A stretch of DNA of 64,000 nt from NCBI GenBank assembly GCA_973895155.1, contig OZ316895.1, forward strand, positions 5,149,181-5,213,180, given 5' to 3'. The translations under genes were made by a program, and so were the position numbers. Below are positions 13,516 to 28,242 of the stretch, one piece after another. The notes under the pieces are model-generated. The model saw only the letters and a program-made list of their open reading frames with translations. It had not been told where the DNA came from and made no database searches. Positions within the stretch are counted from its first letter, which is position 1. Each line of letters starts with the position of its first letter. This DNA comes from Marsupella aquatica. Taxonomy: Eukaryota > Plantae > Marchantiophyta.

Positions 13516-16500
13516 AACTAGCTAGGTTGCCAAAAATCATTCCGATATTTTCAAGTTTCTCCAGTAAAGGCCACGGGTCTCCCTCGGATTGGTATGCCGT
13601 GATTGTCTCTACTGTAAATTCATTTGCACAATTGGTACGATTTCATCTTTTGGCAACCTTTTCATTGGGCCTCCCAGTATATTTCACTTTGATGAGTATG
13701 TCTCAATTTCGAGCTTGCTTAGATTGCCTGGGGTAGAGATTGTATTCACAAAGGTAAAGTAAGCTCCTCGGAGATCTGAATTAGAATCGCAAAATCCGTA
13801 GCTCACACCTAAAGTAGAAACCATTTACTTTTTTTGTGGTAGTCTTTTCACCGGTGTTCTCTAGCTTGTGATAGCGTCATCAATGTGACCGTGTGTGGGG
13901 TTTTAACCTTTCCTTTGAGAACTGTAGTAACTTAAACGGCTGAAGTCCAGGCATGTCCTTAACCTCTAGCCGATCTCGAGGACTGGTCAAGCTGATACTC
14001 TTGTTCTTGAGAGAAGATCTGATGTGAATTCGAATATCTGTGCTGAGGCTTCAGGCGACGGTTGGGAAACGACGTATTCCGTTGCAAATGGTACATTAGA
14101 TTTGTTTTAATCGGCACAAATATGGGATCATCTCCTAAAAAGCTTTGCTTGTGGCTGCACGAATCCAATTTGCATTGGGGTGACCTTTATCCTTCATACC
14201 CGACCACGAGCTCAAATTTTGAGCCCATCAAGAGATAATATTGTTTGACGGAGTGCCACAATAACGTGTATAATTCTGGATCGGTTCCTGTAAAACTACG
14301 GCAGGGACAATCATGAACATTTTGATAGGGAGAAGGTTAAAGTCAATTTGTTGCAGTACAACACAGGCGAATTACAAATTTAAGGTGGCTGACCAGTTGT
14401 GCCATCAGGTCACCGGTTGTTGCCTGGGTGCCCAAGAAGTCAACCCACTGAAAAACAGCCCTGCTCCAATTGCTAGTTTGGTATTCCAGGAGGCCAGGGC
14501 TGCGGTTCAAGAAGGAGACAAAGTAGGCGGAGGAGTGCAGCGAGGCGCTCCTAAGCTTACTATGTTTGGTCTATCCTCGTAACCATGTATATGTGTCTAT
14601 GAATCTCAACTGAAAAGCTTTATGATGTTGCTTTTGATATCGATTTTCAGTTTCAAGCGATATCTTCAACAGATAAATATTTTCTGAAAAGAAGAGTTTG
14701 CAGCAGTGGTACTATTTTTCCGGGAAGATTTGCATTCCTCGACGTTTGAAGTTCTCCACTCGCACCGGTTGAATTCAAGTTTTGCCTTTGACTAGTGAGG
14801 GAGAAGATTAGCGGTAGTTGCTGTTGCAAAGTGGAAAGGAGCACAATGATTACGAGAAACAATCCCGAGAGAAGGTGAGCAGGAGGACGTGGTTGCTAAA
14901 TGGTTCCGTGTGTCGGTATTGAATGGAATTACAGGAGCGAGGGACAACGTTAGAGGAAACATAGATGTATGTTCGATGCTTCCGAGTATTACATAAATCA
15001 GTAGAGTGGAATCTCTCATAATCAATCTATTTAGGATCAACCATGAACAACCGCAACATGAACAACATTGTGGAGATCAGCACCACTGTTGTAGAGAAAG
15101 ATGGGGCCAACAGGGCTAGAAGTCAATCCGCTCCAGCACTTCTCAGTCGGCATAAATCCCCTCCACAGGTCACGCGCTATTGTGCTGCAATTCAGTACGC
15201 AAATCTCTTGAAAGAAGCAGCGGAAGAGATACGGACTCAACGACTCGAAGCGGAGGCAAAGATAAGAAGAGTTTAAGGAATCGATCATGATTTCAATTAT
15301 GGTATGATCTGTCCAGGACCTCCTCAAAAGCTCAGACTTGATAGCTCCAGGGTCTCACTTTCTCTGAGGGACTATTACGCCGGGAAAAGTGGGCCTGTTT
15401 AAGAAGATTTCAGGTGAGGATGATTAAATGGTTTAAGTATTTCATATCATAAACCGCAGCGAAATTCAGGGTAATTTGCTCAAATTAAAGCTTTCTCTGC
15501 CCCTAAGACCTGTAGGAATTGTTCACGAAACGCGGGCACTCAATTGCTGGCATCGAAACGGGACGATGAATAGACAGTGGACAAGAACACAGCCGGTTAC
15601 TCACAAATGTGCTCCTGTACTCGTAACGGTTGGTCCTTCGAAGTATTTGGGGATCGAAATTGACATGAAGACACAGGGAGTGCCAATCTCGAAGAAAATG
15701 GCCAGAGTTGACGGGGGGGACAAGTACAAGCCAGTCATATCAAGGAGGTTGATGGGAAACCTCTTCGAAGAATTTCCATTCTCATTTAAGGAAGGACTCT
15801 ACCAGGTGTAGTGAAAGGTGCGAGTCTCACTAAAAGTTACTTCCCTGCATCTGCGTGAGGTGACTCCATATTTGGAAGCACAGTCCGGTTCTATTGTGCA
15901 ATACTATCCCTGTACAGGACAATTCTACTGGTCTCTCAGGTTATTCCTTGGATCTGGCCTTCGCATGCAACACCTAAGCCTAAAGGTAGAACCACCCACA
16001 AATGAAAGCTTCACTGCTCAAATGCAAATACGAAGAACTTGAGCGGATCTCCTTGTACGTAAGCATGAGCTGGAAATAGTGGCAGACTACGGTAAACTTT
16101 AAACTGCGACCATTGCAAACCTAGGGATCGACTCAAAGACACCTGCTGGTTTTCCCAACTGTCAAATCCTCTGAACAGGCATTTCTATAAAAATCCTGGA
16201 ACTCAAGGTCTTTACTGGCAAATCCGAGGCATCTCCAAGACTTCAATTCTACTCAATCAATGTTTTCTAATTAACGTATGAGAGTTGTTTCCGGAGTGAA
16301 AGTAGATGGACATCCCCCAATAATCCCCACCATCAGTAATTTAGGGTCGTATGGATTGATGCGCAATGCTAGGATTTGGATAGACTAGAAACTACAGTTT
16401 CCCCGAGGCTTGAATAGTGCCTCAACACCTGCTGGTATGCCGGAAACCGCAAGGAGCTTTTCAGCAAGACCTGGCATCAAAGAACGTCTCCCCAACAAAT

Positions 16501-16620
16501 AGAGACATTGATACAATTGTTCTGACATAATGGAAACCAGCGTTTGAAAAATTCGGATGGAGGGATTGAGAGCCCATTCTTGACGTCAGTGAATGACATC
16601 TCGTTGACAGTATGCAAACT

Positions 16621-18820
16621 TTAAGATCTTTTCCGTTTTAGGAAACCCTTACACAGCTGTACTAAAGCCTCTCGATCTGCTTGTCCTGCCCTTAAAGTCG
16701 CCCTTGCATCCTTCGCCAGTTCTTCCTGTAGAGTGACAGCTCAAAACAAATTTCAGGCTCTATGGCCACGAAAACACAATACAAATGCTAACGTCAATCT
16801 CTTCAGGAACAGTAGGATCAACTTAACAAGATCTACTAGAACTGATCTTGACTAAAAGCAATCGAGGTTGATTCTTCATTGTAAGCTCACCATCTAGATA
16901 AAAGAGTAGGACACCAACTCTGAAATGTCTGTCTAGGTTACGTAAAGTCTATAGTAAGGACAAATGAAGGAAAAAGAGATGGTCAACAAAATCACGGACT
17001 TAAGTGCAACTGTCCAACTTAGGGTAGTGCCAGAAGGGATTGTACCGTCAAAAGTCCAAGGCTGAGACGACTGTCAATAAGGTCGTTTACAACGTCTTCT
17101 GTGTACTCAGGATGTCCTTGGATACCTAAAACATGGTCACCTACTGCAAACACCTCGACTGGAGTTCTCTCAGAGAAACCCAGCAACTCCCCTCCTGGGG
17201 GGATCTCCTGGACCTGCAACAAATAATAATCCAGTTAGGGTAGATCAGAAAACCACAGCGATTACTAGAAAGATGTCATAAGAGGATTTTGTTGCAGGAG
17301 GTCCATCCAAAATTGCTGCAAGATTTCAGAGGATGTTTTCTACTGGATTAAATGAAATCCTTCCTGGGCGTGCATCCACATTGCAATTGGAGGATGACCT
17401 GATCTTGATGAGATTGCATAAGTCTGAAGACTGGTGGGACTCCAACGGCATAAGATTTGGAAGCTAGCGCTGCGGTGGTCTGAATCTGTCGTAGCCCTAT
17501 CTCCCATCCAACATCAGTTCTGCCCGTTCTGCCTCCGAGTGCACGGGAAAGGACCTGCAAGCACAGTACCAGGTGAACTGCACACCATTGAGACAGAGGA
17601 GAATAATTTTGTTTGCAGGTGGTAGAGTTCAAACAATAAAATTACAATCACTTGAATCGGACAGAATCCATATCAATGTTCAGCAAGAAAACTACCGTAA
17701 ATGAACTGAAAATTGCTTGTTCTAGCCATTCACAAGTACGTAGCTATGTTTGCCAACAATATTTTCTGAAATGAAATGCAAAGACCAGCCAATGCTTGAT
17801 TTGTCCAAACGGTCCTCCGAAATATTGTGCGTAGAGACTGATAGAAATCATCTCCACGTAAAATATATTAGAGTGATCAACACCACAAATATTGGCTGGC
17901 CGATCTCACCATTTACCGGTGTATCAGATCCCGTACTGTATCGTTTCGTACCACTGTCAATGACGTTAAACTAAGACAACCATAATGCACACCATTCACA
18001 ACATAGGTGCAATATAATCTCTGCACATCCTCGGTAGTGATTCCAGGGAGCACAGAGGCCCAGAGAAGTTCCCAGAAATTCTCACCTGATGTCCAAAACA
18101 GATTCCAAGTATATTTTGCTTCCCCTTCTTCTTTTTCTCATGGATAGATTGGAGAAGAGCGCAGAGCTTTGCAATCCACTCTTCACTGCCGTGTGCATCA
18201 TGTTTACTTCCCGTGATCACGAACCCGTCATACTGCTCCAGCTCCTCCTCCGCTGGAAACTGCCCGTCCACCACCGCACATATGTCCCACTTGTCATACG
18301 GATCGCCAAGCAGCTTGACAAGCATCTTACCGTATCCTCCATAGAGGTTCTGAGTGTAGTCCGACGCATGGCCCGTGAGAAGAACGCAATACCTCCCCCC
18401 CACCAGAGATTCTTCAGACCCGGTTCCGGTCGAAAGCGAAGAAGTAGAAGCCTCATTCAATTCCTCAGCTTCTGTGCTACCACTTCTGCTGCTGCTCACC
18501 GCTCTTGCCGTGAGGAAAATCGACGGATCCATATCTCGGAGCGATCGAAATTGACGAGCTTCTCTGAGTCTCGCGCGATTCTCTCTGTAGAACCGGACCA
18601 CCTGAGTTCGAGCTTCGAATTCTCCTCCGCTCCTATCTAGAGCGCCGGGGCAGGGAAACCCAACTCGAGTGAGTGCCCAGGTCGTCGGATTCGGAGAGTG
18701 AAGGCTTCTCAAACGCTGCTGCGGCTCCTCCTGCGACCGAATTGCAGCTAGAGCAGCAATTCGAGTTCGAGGCAGAGGGGAGCGCACGGCAGAAGCTAGA
18801 ATGGAGAGTCTGGCGATCAT
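16621..18820 (-). CDS. Class I glutamine amidotransferase-like / gamma-glutamyl peptidase (GGP-like); exons 18820-18086, 17554-17399, 17213-17046, 16725-16621
   Basis: YDGFVITGSKHDAHG, GICFGHQ (nucleophile Cys) and GIQGHPEY (His-x-Glu of the triad). Long Arg/Ser-rich N-terminal extension, probably a targeting peptide; the start codon is uncertain. Confidence 0.9.
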
Positions 18821-20254
18821 TTTCTCCTACTTTCTCCCGTGTGAATGAGTTGATGGATTGAGGAATGGATTGATGGACGTAACAACTGGTTGATCAATCC
18901 ACTCGAATGACCGCCATTCGGGTGAATTGATCCATCAATTGGGGTGCGTGAATTGATGGATTGGAGGCTGGGTGAGCTGCTTGCTCGATCACTTGAGCTG
19001 CTTGCTCTCTCCTTGCTCTCTCCCTCTGTGTCTGTGTGTGTGTGTGAGAGAGAGTCCATTGGTGTCCAAATTAGTTTAATCATTGAGTTGCTCTCTTTGG
19101 TTGGTGATTATTTTAATTTTAATTTAGGCCTTCGATGGCTGGCTTCCTTGTTATTTTTTCTACCTGCAAATTACTTTAACACCCCATATATATAAACCCT
19201 TCCATTTATTATTTCTTTGTCCAAATTGATTGAACCCCTTTAAGTTCATTTCTTTCTCTGCCACCTTTTCTCTGCCGTTAATTGAAGGGAAATGAAAACA
19301 TTTCATGCCCAATTGGTACTCACTACCTCAAGGGCGATTCTGGACCAGTGCGTCACATAGATCTACTGTGCAGAACACATACCTTATATCACATTGAAAA
19401 TAGAAATCATTCTGACGTTCCCATCACCCACAACCTCCTCTGGGCCCGCGCCTCCTTCTCTTGGGCACAGAGTTTTAGATTTTTTGATGCTCTTCATCAT
19501 TTCAAGTTTTATAGTTACTTTATATTTCCATTATCTTATGCAAAATATGCATTTAAATAAATTTAGAGATGATAGTAAAACTTAATTTTTATATGTTTTC
19601 CAATAAGTTAAAATAGTCAAGCGCTAGAATGATGCTCCCATATGATGGGAGCAACAGGAATTTTACCCTCCAGATTAATTTAGCCACATTTTGTATCATT
19701 TAACTACTGAGTTGCCCCCATTGTATGATGGGAGCAAACACTCATTTTTGACACCCAGGAGAGCATTGGTAGTGAGTCACTAGTGGATCTTAATATCTTT
19801 TGATTTTTGCTGACTTTTGTATTTCTAGTGCATTTCTAAGACTCCACATGGCTAGCCAGTTAGCTAGCCAAAGGAGGAGTCCCAAAATTTGGTGATGCTA
19901 ACCAGGTTTTGGCTAGCTAGGGATTAACTTTGTTAGCGAAGTGGGTTATTTTACTCATATGTTGAAAACTTTTCACTGTTTGCTCGCAAGCTACCCCCAA
20001 GCTGACCCCCTCAAACCTTAGCTTTTCGACCATCGTCAGAGGGAGTTACCTTTTTAACTTTTTGGACATCTTGTGCTAGATGAAGCTGGGTTCTCCTCCA
20101 GAACTAAGTTTGTCCTATTCTGAACTTTAGGTGACTTAAGGAAATAAGTGCTGGGAGGCCGGTTTGAAGTGACAGGCAACTTGCCGAGTTGCCCGGCACG
20201 TAAACTCGGCATTTGCCGGACAAAAATGCCTCCATTTGACGCATATTCGCTCTT

Positions 20255-20660
20255 ATTCCCCGGCCCGGCCCGAATTTCTCCCGGCCCGGCCCAAACTCTT
20301 CCTGGCCTCATCCCGGACCCTACCGCCCTTCCCTTCCCGCGAACCAAACCTACCCGGCCTGCCCCCCCCCCCTGCCCTCACCTGAGCCTGGACCCGACTG
20401 GGTCCGGGTGAGGAGGCCGGGTGAGGAGGGGAGGAGGGGAGGCCGGGTGAGGAGGGGAGGAGCCGGGTCCGGGTGAGAGGGTCCGGGAATGAAATCCTGG
20501 AAAAGTCCGGGCCGGGGCTGGGGCCGGGACCGGGAGAGTCAAAAGGGGAGCAAGGCCGGGGGAAGGGGCCGGGGGGAAGGGGGAGAGAGAGGAACTCAGG
20601 ACGGGAGGTCATGGCCGGACCGGGCCGGGACCGGGGGATCGAGACCAGGAGAGTCCGGGT
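20255..20660. repeat. GC-rich degenerate fold-back region (C-rich arm then G-rich arm)
   Basis: cccggcccggccc repeats to ~20390, a central hairpin cctggaccc-gact-gggtccggg at ~20387-20408, then gggccggg/ggggagg repeats. Confidence 0.5.
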
Positions 20661-22253
20661 GTCGACTTGCCGGTTGACGGCCTCAGAAGGGTCTATTTGT
20701 AGGGCAAGTCCAAACCGGGCTGGGAGGCCCAAACATAGTTTCACCCTGGTAATGAACACCCACTAGTTGATGTCGATGTCAACCAGTAACTCACGCTGAA
20801 TTTGAATAGAAATGCTGGTCAACTCATCTGATTTCAGCCACTTTATGGATAGCTCAAATGTGGGGGTGGTAGAGTCATCCAGAATATTATGGCGAGATTC
20901 ACAAATTTATAAATGAAAAACACACAGAGGGAGGATGGTACAGCATGAGGAAGTGCGAAGGACTTTGCACCATAACCAACGACAAGGAAAAAATGAGGAA
21001 AATTCATTAAAGTCTTCTTGTCAATAAAATGATAGTTGGTCAGTATTGTTTCAGTTAGAGGGGACCAGCACCAAGTGTATGCAAATGAGGGCAATAGGGC
21101 ATGTCAAAGCAGGGCCGTCAGTGAGGTATGGCCATGGATGTAAAATGGTTTTATTGCCAGGACAAAAACCTTATGGGCTACCTGTAAATATGCCCCATAA
21201 GGATCCAATGTCAAATTTGATCATAGCCATAAATTTGATCACTGCCGTTGTGGCAATGCTTTGACACCCTAATGCCTACTAAAGTTCTCCTTTATCTTTA
21301 CTTACCTCTAAGATAATTCTGTTCTATCTGGTGAAAGCATTTGAAAGTAACCACCCCTCCCCAGAGGAACCCTGGGTCAGTCTGGCGTGGGGGTGATAAC
21401 TTCTAGTCTTGGTTTCCTGTTCCTCTCTTGGCAAATTGCAAGATTGGCCACTATCCCTAGTTCATCACTCGTCTTATATCATCATTCAATCATTCATTAA
21501 AGGTTCTCTGCACATCATCACATTTTTTGTCCCTTGTTCTGTTTTTGGTTCGTGGTTGGACTCAGTAGACAAATCGGTTCAATTCGATGATTCTAAGATG
21601 CTAATCTCTACGCAACAAAATCATACATTTTATCCAAGGTGAGAGATGAGGGCCTTTTCTGTCCTTAGCCACTATCAAGATGGAATCTGAATAAGAAAAT
21701 TTCTCGACAGAACTCTTTGCTCGGTAATTGAAAGTCTCAGCTAAGCATCCTTCACTAAATCTCGACCGATTGAAAAACATTCAAGAATTTCTGTTTGATA
21801 AGATTCTTAAAAATTGGACTTTGATGGGCGCCCCCACACAGCGCTTGCTAAATAACTTTATTTGTACTCACAATGACCAATTCTGAGAATATCAATTTTT
21901 ACACACCTACAACGGTGGCAAGAAGAAGTTGCTACACATTTTCGAGAACTGAAGTCCGCTGCGCTAAATGCGATTAGGACATTATCCAGACCAGTGTCCA
22001 ATCCGAGGAGGGTGCCGGTTGTAGAAGAAACCAGTCACCAGTCACTCCCATGCCAAAGAATCTTCGAGAGAGAAAACTAGCAGAGTCTGAGGTATCTGCA
22101 ACCTATGTCTGCTGAACAAGAGATCCCAGCAAACAACAGGAAGCGTTGAAGAAACTGAAGTCCTCAACTTTATGGGCCAAGATCCTTTTACTGGCGAGCC
22201 AAGAAGACTTTTCTTTAGCAAGGCACTGCGAGGCATGAGTACAATGGCCATGA

Positions 22254-25200
22254 TCAAAACATTTTCCCACCCCCGGGGCCTCCTTGAAGTACTGAGTCTG
22301 GTATTGTCAGTCGTTGGTGTTTGCCAACCAAGGCCTGTAATTGATCAACCTTGTCATACATGCCGAGCAAGCCTCCCGTATGCACAAACAGGACTTTTCT
22401 TCCTTCCCAGTAATTCGGCCGGTCCTTGAAATCCTTGAGAAGACCAAAAACAGCTTTACCACTGCACCAACAATGACAAGGGTCAGTGCTCTCTGCCTGT
22501 TCACTAATACACCAATATTCTGGACGATGAGAGAACCACATGAATTGCCGGCATGACGACATACCTGTAAACCGGGTCAAGGATCACCCCTGTGGCCACA
22601 GCTACGTCCTTCACTACTTTAAGCTCCTCGGCAGTACTGATAGCATATCCCTGACCCTTTTCCTGCTCACACCAATAAAAGTTAGTACATGCATTATTCC
22701 AAGATATTTACTGTGCTAAGAACATGAACGATAGCAGAAAGCACCCACCTAAAGCCGAATACAGGCCCCAATTTGAGATTGAATGAAGGCTCTACTATAA
22801 GTGAAGTTTACAGGCCCCAATTTGAGATTGGATAAAGTGTACTATGCGAACTGAGTCCTCAAATGCCAAAAACTTTGAACTAAGGTAACAAAGTCATGGT
22901 TTGAGTGATTTAACGGAGATAAGAGAAGTAAATTTTACCAATTTAACTTCGACAACATCTCTCGAACTGACACCAGCAGCCAGCCCGTCCAGCAGTCCTT
23001 GAGTGAAGTCATAAAAATATGTTTCATCGTCACAAACAGCAAAGGCATGAACCTGCACTCAAGACAAAGGTTCAATGAACTGATCACAAAGAATGTAGTC
23101 TTTAACGACTTAGACAGGTCATCCGGCATCACTTCTGAGAATTGGCGATGTGCGACAAGTCATGTACCTTGGATTTAAGACTACTTAATTGAGATCCTAG
23201 CCCCAGCCCTGCAGTCGTTCCTCCGCTGCAAAAGTGAATACGGATCAATACTACAAGTGTAACGGCTGCACTATTGGCCACTTCGCTGAGACTGAGCCGT
23301 TCAACTAATTTTGTCGAAATTTTTCAATGGTAATAAGATGACTCTTCTAGCCATAGAATTCTTCTGATCCATCCTAGCCATTGGATTCGTCTGATCCATG
23401 TTCTCAATTTATCCTATTTCCGAATCAATGACTTAAACGTTGCCTTCGTTTTAAAGGGCCAGCAACATGAATTCTAGTCTTTCCTGGTCCCCTGGTTTTG
23501 GGTAAACTGGAATCTGAGCCATTTAACTGAGGGACGAATTATTGTCACGACTCTAGTCCATCAATCTCGCTGAGAATCCAATTGCGTATATTACATTAAT
23601 GGGCCTAACATTCTGCAACCTATGAAGTCTTCCGTAATCTACAAAGATCATTGATGTGAGGTCTTCTACGATCTCTCTTTCCAATCAATGAGATTGCGGA
23701 CGCTATGTAGTGAGAACAATTTCTCTCTAGCAAGATAATGATACTATACCTTCCACATGCCATCACAATATCATCAAAGTGGCTAACACCCTTGACCTTT
23801 CCTTCCTGCAATTGGTTCTCAATCTCTCGTATTCCCTCGATGTAGCCCCTGCATTTAACCAGTCAACAACTACGTCACCTCTTGAAGAAAGTACTGTAAT
23901 AGAGTCACCGATTTCTTCACAACCTGGGCGAAGCCAAAGTGATGACGAACTCACCAAATTGAAAATAACATCTTAAGGTTTAACCACTGTCGTAAAACAA
24001 CAAGAAGTGTTCTCTCCGACCTATTTTTGCACCAATCTGCAATAAGTACCAAAATTCTGTAGATTTACCAAGTACCCAGAGAGTTTGAACCTCCAACTGG
24101 GATGAAATAAGGTTTTCTGCCTTCCTTTTTGAGCTTTTCCATGAGAATATTTCCGAGGGTCTGAGATACAACAAGCAAGTCAACATCTGGTTTGAAACCG
24201 TTTGGCTCAAGGCCAGAGCAGCCAGATCGATACTTCATGATCACAGAACTGAATGCTATTGACAGGGCAAAATTCAAGAAAAATTACTGTCCATAATGCT
24301 TGGAGGGAGATCGAATTACCACACTTCCAAGCTTCATGTATTCCTCTTTTGTAACAAGCTCTATGTTTGCACCGATCATCCGCTCCACAAGCAAATTCCC
24401 TGTGAGACCTGGGTCCTCATCTACCACTGTCTGCAGTAAAACAGGTACACCAATATGCCATCTTAGAGAACGCATGCATGAGTCCCCCCACGAACAAATG
24501 ACGTTCCAAGTCGACAGGGCCCCGGTAAACATGCTTGAGCACTTTGGTTAGCAGCATGGAAAGGAGATAACGGACCCGACTCGTTCTCAGAATGAGGTAA
24601 CTGTCCAGCCCAACATAGCGAGCAGCAACTGCAGTTGCTCTGGCGTGATTACTCTGAATCCCGCCAATGGTTACCACACAGTCGGCCCCCTGTGCCTTCG
24701 CTTCAGCAATCAGAAACTCCAGCTTTCGAACTTTGTTCCCACTCAGCTGCATCCCCGTCAAATCGTCTCTCTGCAGTACCCCTGATGCTAATCCAGTCAG
24801 TAAATGAACAAGACTATTCAACTTACTTAGTCCATCAATCCGGATGCCTTCAAGCTGACGTTATGAGAGACAAATTCTGTTTCAATTTCAAAACCAGAAC
24901 TGCATTGATACAGCCGGAGAAAGAGTGACATACCTTGACCCAGACTTCAGTCCCCGAGGGCAATCCTGGAAGGTTCCAACGGTGAATTGGCGTCGGGAAC
25001 TGCATATCAAACGCAGAGTATTATAGAAGGGCAGCCTGGCAGGACATTTTCTTAATTGAAAGCAGCAAAGCAGGAAACATTTCCAAAGGCCACCAGTTCG
25101 TATCAAGATACGACTTGACCACACGATTCAAATCGCCATTTTCTCCTCTGAGCCAGTGCACTTAACAGCGAATCTCTCTCTCTCTCTCCCTCTCCGCGTA

Positions 25201-25694
25201 ATTACACAAAAGAACATGGTATGAATTCTTACAATACCCAAACTGGTAAACGAAGATGGAATTGGATGAAGATGAGAAGCCCACGCCGGCGGTACATATG
25301 CCTCTGTGCTAAACATTTCAGGACGACCGGCCTGCTGCCCAATATACCCAGCCCCATTGTCCGAAGCCATGCTCACCGCCGAAACTGCAGCTCGACCTTC
25401 AAGATCTCTTCTCCAAGCTCCTCCAATTGTTAGCCTCCTGAAATTCCCGTGGCCCCAGAACCTATCACCCCTCTTCCCAGGGATCTGCAGACCACAATAA
25501 GCAGTGAAAGATGAGAGCCCACAAATTCGTGACAAAGTGCTTTCACTCAGCTGCGAATTCGGGATTCTGGGAAACAGGGTCGAGGCAGAAGAAGAGCTAG
25601 CAGAGTGAGGGAAGATTGCTGGAGTGGCAGAGTGTCGGGGAATTGCGTGGGCAGAGGATGCATATGGTCGCATTATCGTCCTGGTGGAGGCCAT
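22254..25694 (-). CDS. DCD: D-cysteine desulfhydrase / ACC deaminase-like PLP enzyme, 10 exons, with organellar targeting peptide
   Basis: [34 protein letters not shown] (PLP Lys), [51 protein letters not shown] and [11 protein letters not shown]. Confidence 0.95.
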
Positions 25695-27089
25695 GTTGGG
25701 GTCTCCTCCTGCTCTGTGCTCTGCTGTTAAATGACCAGGGTCCCTGTTCTCATGAGCAGACTCTTTAGAGAGTCCACTGTGTCTACTTATTGATTTGTTG
25801 TCCCCAGTTCAGTCCAAAGCTACTGTAGAGAGAGGCTCTATGCAAGCTGTCCCACTCTCCCAAACGGGTTTATTACGTCCATCTGCCCCATTTTGGAAGG
25901 ATTTTTAATTTGGGGTTTTTTGAGAGGGGGAGGGAGGGCGGGGGTGTGGGAGAGAGGGGAGGAGGAAGCGATACCTTCCCCAGATAACCAGGCACATAAT
26001 TGGGGGTGGGGGAAACCCTTCATGTTTTAATTTACTATTTAGTATTATTTTCCTTCTTATTTTTATTGAAACGGAAAATAACAAAAACAGGCGAGACAGG
26101 ACTGACACAAAAAGAAACAGAGAAGTGCCAAAGTCGCCAATGAGTGCCCATTAGAAGATTACCAAATTACAAATATACCCTTCCTGTTTCTTCTGTTCCT
26201 TATGTATATGCTATCACCTTGACAACAGGTATTTAGAGTACACCAAAAACAAGCTGCTTTGAGGCCCTCCAAACCCAGTGCCTTTTGCACGTTTGCAGGA
26301 TTTTGCCCCTTGCATTGACAGGGCCTGTCCATTTGGATTACAACAGCCTTAAATGTACTCACCTCTATTTATGTTCAAAGAACTGACACTCTGGTAATCT
26401 ACTAGGACATCTCATAAGTCAGTCAAAGCACTGAGCTGAGGTTTCAAGGTTAGTCCCATAACTCAAGTTCCAAGACCAGATTCTTGATTTAAAAAATTGC
26501 AAGAAGGCAACATTGACCCACCCCATGAAGCAGAGCTTATGGTCCACCTTAGTCCCACAACATATTAATATCCCTTGTACGTCCTTCCTCTCTCGGTCAG
26601 TGGCCACCCCAAATGCAGCAGCCATCACCGTGTGATAACCAAAGCCCACGTGCTTTCAATCAAAACTTTACAGATTCGTGGATTTTCAGGTCTGCGCCTA
26701 AAGTTACTAGAGCCTGTTTAAGGTTACTGGTTACGCATCGGGCCTACTGACTCTCTTTATGGCAACCAAAGACAGTTTGTCTTCATAACTTCTATGTACT
26801 TGGTATCTTCAAGTTATGAAAAGCCCTACTCAATTGTCCAATGCACTATTGGTTAATGTTCTAGTAATTGCACATCAAAATATGACAATGTACAATAACT
26901 AACATTCACTGATTTAAACAGAATAATCAGGTTTATCATCAAATTCAGATAATATAATTAGGTTTATCATGGCATAGAGTGACCTAATACACCTTATTTT
27001 GTCACATTTTGATGTATCAGGACTCAATACATTACCTCACTTGGACACAGGTATCATCAGTGTGGCTCATGTACCACACACTACAGTAA

Positions 27090-27722
27090 TGTAGTTGCGC
27101 ACAGTCATGGTTAGATAATGCTCTGAGTAGTTGTGCACAGTCATGGTTAACTTAAGCTCTGAGTAGTTGCGTACAGTCATGGTTATCTTAAGGTCTGAGT
27201 AGTTAAGGACAGTCATGGTTACCTAGTGCTGTGAGTAGTTGTGCACAGTCATGGTTAACTTAAGCTCTGAGTAGTTGCTCACAGTCATGGTTAGCTTAAG
27301 CTGTGAGTAACTGAGGACAGTCATGGTTACCTTGTGCTGTGAGTAAAGTGCAAAGTCATAGTTAGCTAATGCTGTGAGTAGTTGTGCACAGTCACGGTTG
27401 GCTAATCCACTGAGTAGTTGTGCACAGTCATGGTTATCTTAAGCTCTGAGTAGTTGAGGACAGTCATGGTTACCTAGTGCTGTGAGTAGTTGCACACAGT
27501 CATAGTTAGCTAATGCTATGAGTAGGTGCGCACAGTCACGGTTGGCTAATTCTCTGAGTAGTTGCGCACAGTCATGGCTAGCTAATGCTCTGAGTAGTTG
27601 CACACAGTCATGGTTAGCTAATGCTCTGAGTAGTTCGGCACAGTCACGGTTGGCTAATGCTCTGAGTAGTTGCGCACACTCATGGTTAGCTAATGCTCTG
27701 AGTAGTTCGGCACAGTCATGGT
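27090..27722. repeat. 36-bp tandem array, ~17 copies
   Basis: Unit ~ctgagtagttgcgcacagtcatggttagctaatgct; it translates as 12-aa repeats (LANALSSCAQSW) in the ORF track. Confidence 0.95.
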
Positions 27723-28242
27723 TCGCGACGCGGGTTCGAGGGTGGTCGTCGTGACTTGCGACAAAATCATCGATTTTTTTGGCTCCCTCGCACGCAAAGC
27801 ATCTCGAGTCTCGACATTAGTATTCCTCCTCCATTGCTCGAAGAACCTCAATGAAAGCTTCGAAGCAGAGCACCGAAGCAGACGAGGATTTGATGCGGAG
27901 CGCTCAAGCATCGAGCCAGCCATCCAGGGTCCACGAGCTTTGAAGCAGAGGAGGCGAGGTTGAGCACCGAAGCTCGAGTATTCGACAGGATTGCGGTGAG
28001 TTGAACTCTTGCTCCCACCGTTCGAACTCCCTCCTTCAGTACGTTTTCTTCGCCTTCGTCGTTGGAATTCCGGTGATTTTTGGAATTCGATTCCTCGACG
28101 AGAGAGAGAGCACATCGGAGATCGAGCTTCCGAGGAGCTAACTTGATTTGCTTCCCTTTGATCTTCTGCTTCAGGGAAAGATTTCGTCGAAGTGGTGTAT
28201 TGGAGTGGAGCGGAAGTGAAGAAGAAGAAGAAGAAGAGCGAA

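Noticed and set aside
14300-16600. Short ORFs between PRPS20 and the GGP-like gene (e.g. 15043-15276)
   Set aside because: No recognisable motif or consistent exon chain; it may be UTR or decayed sequence.
27090-27722. CRISPR-like array of 36-bp repeats
   Set aside because: Units are head-to-tail with no unique spacers, the context is eukaryotic and no cas genes are present.
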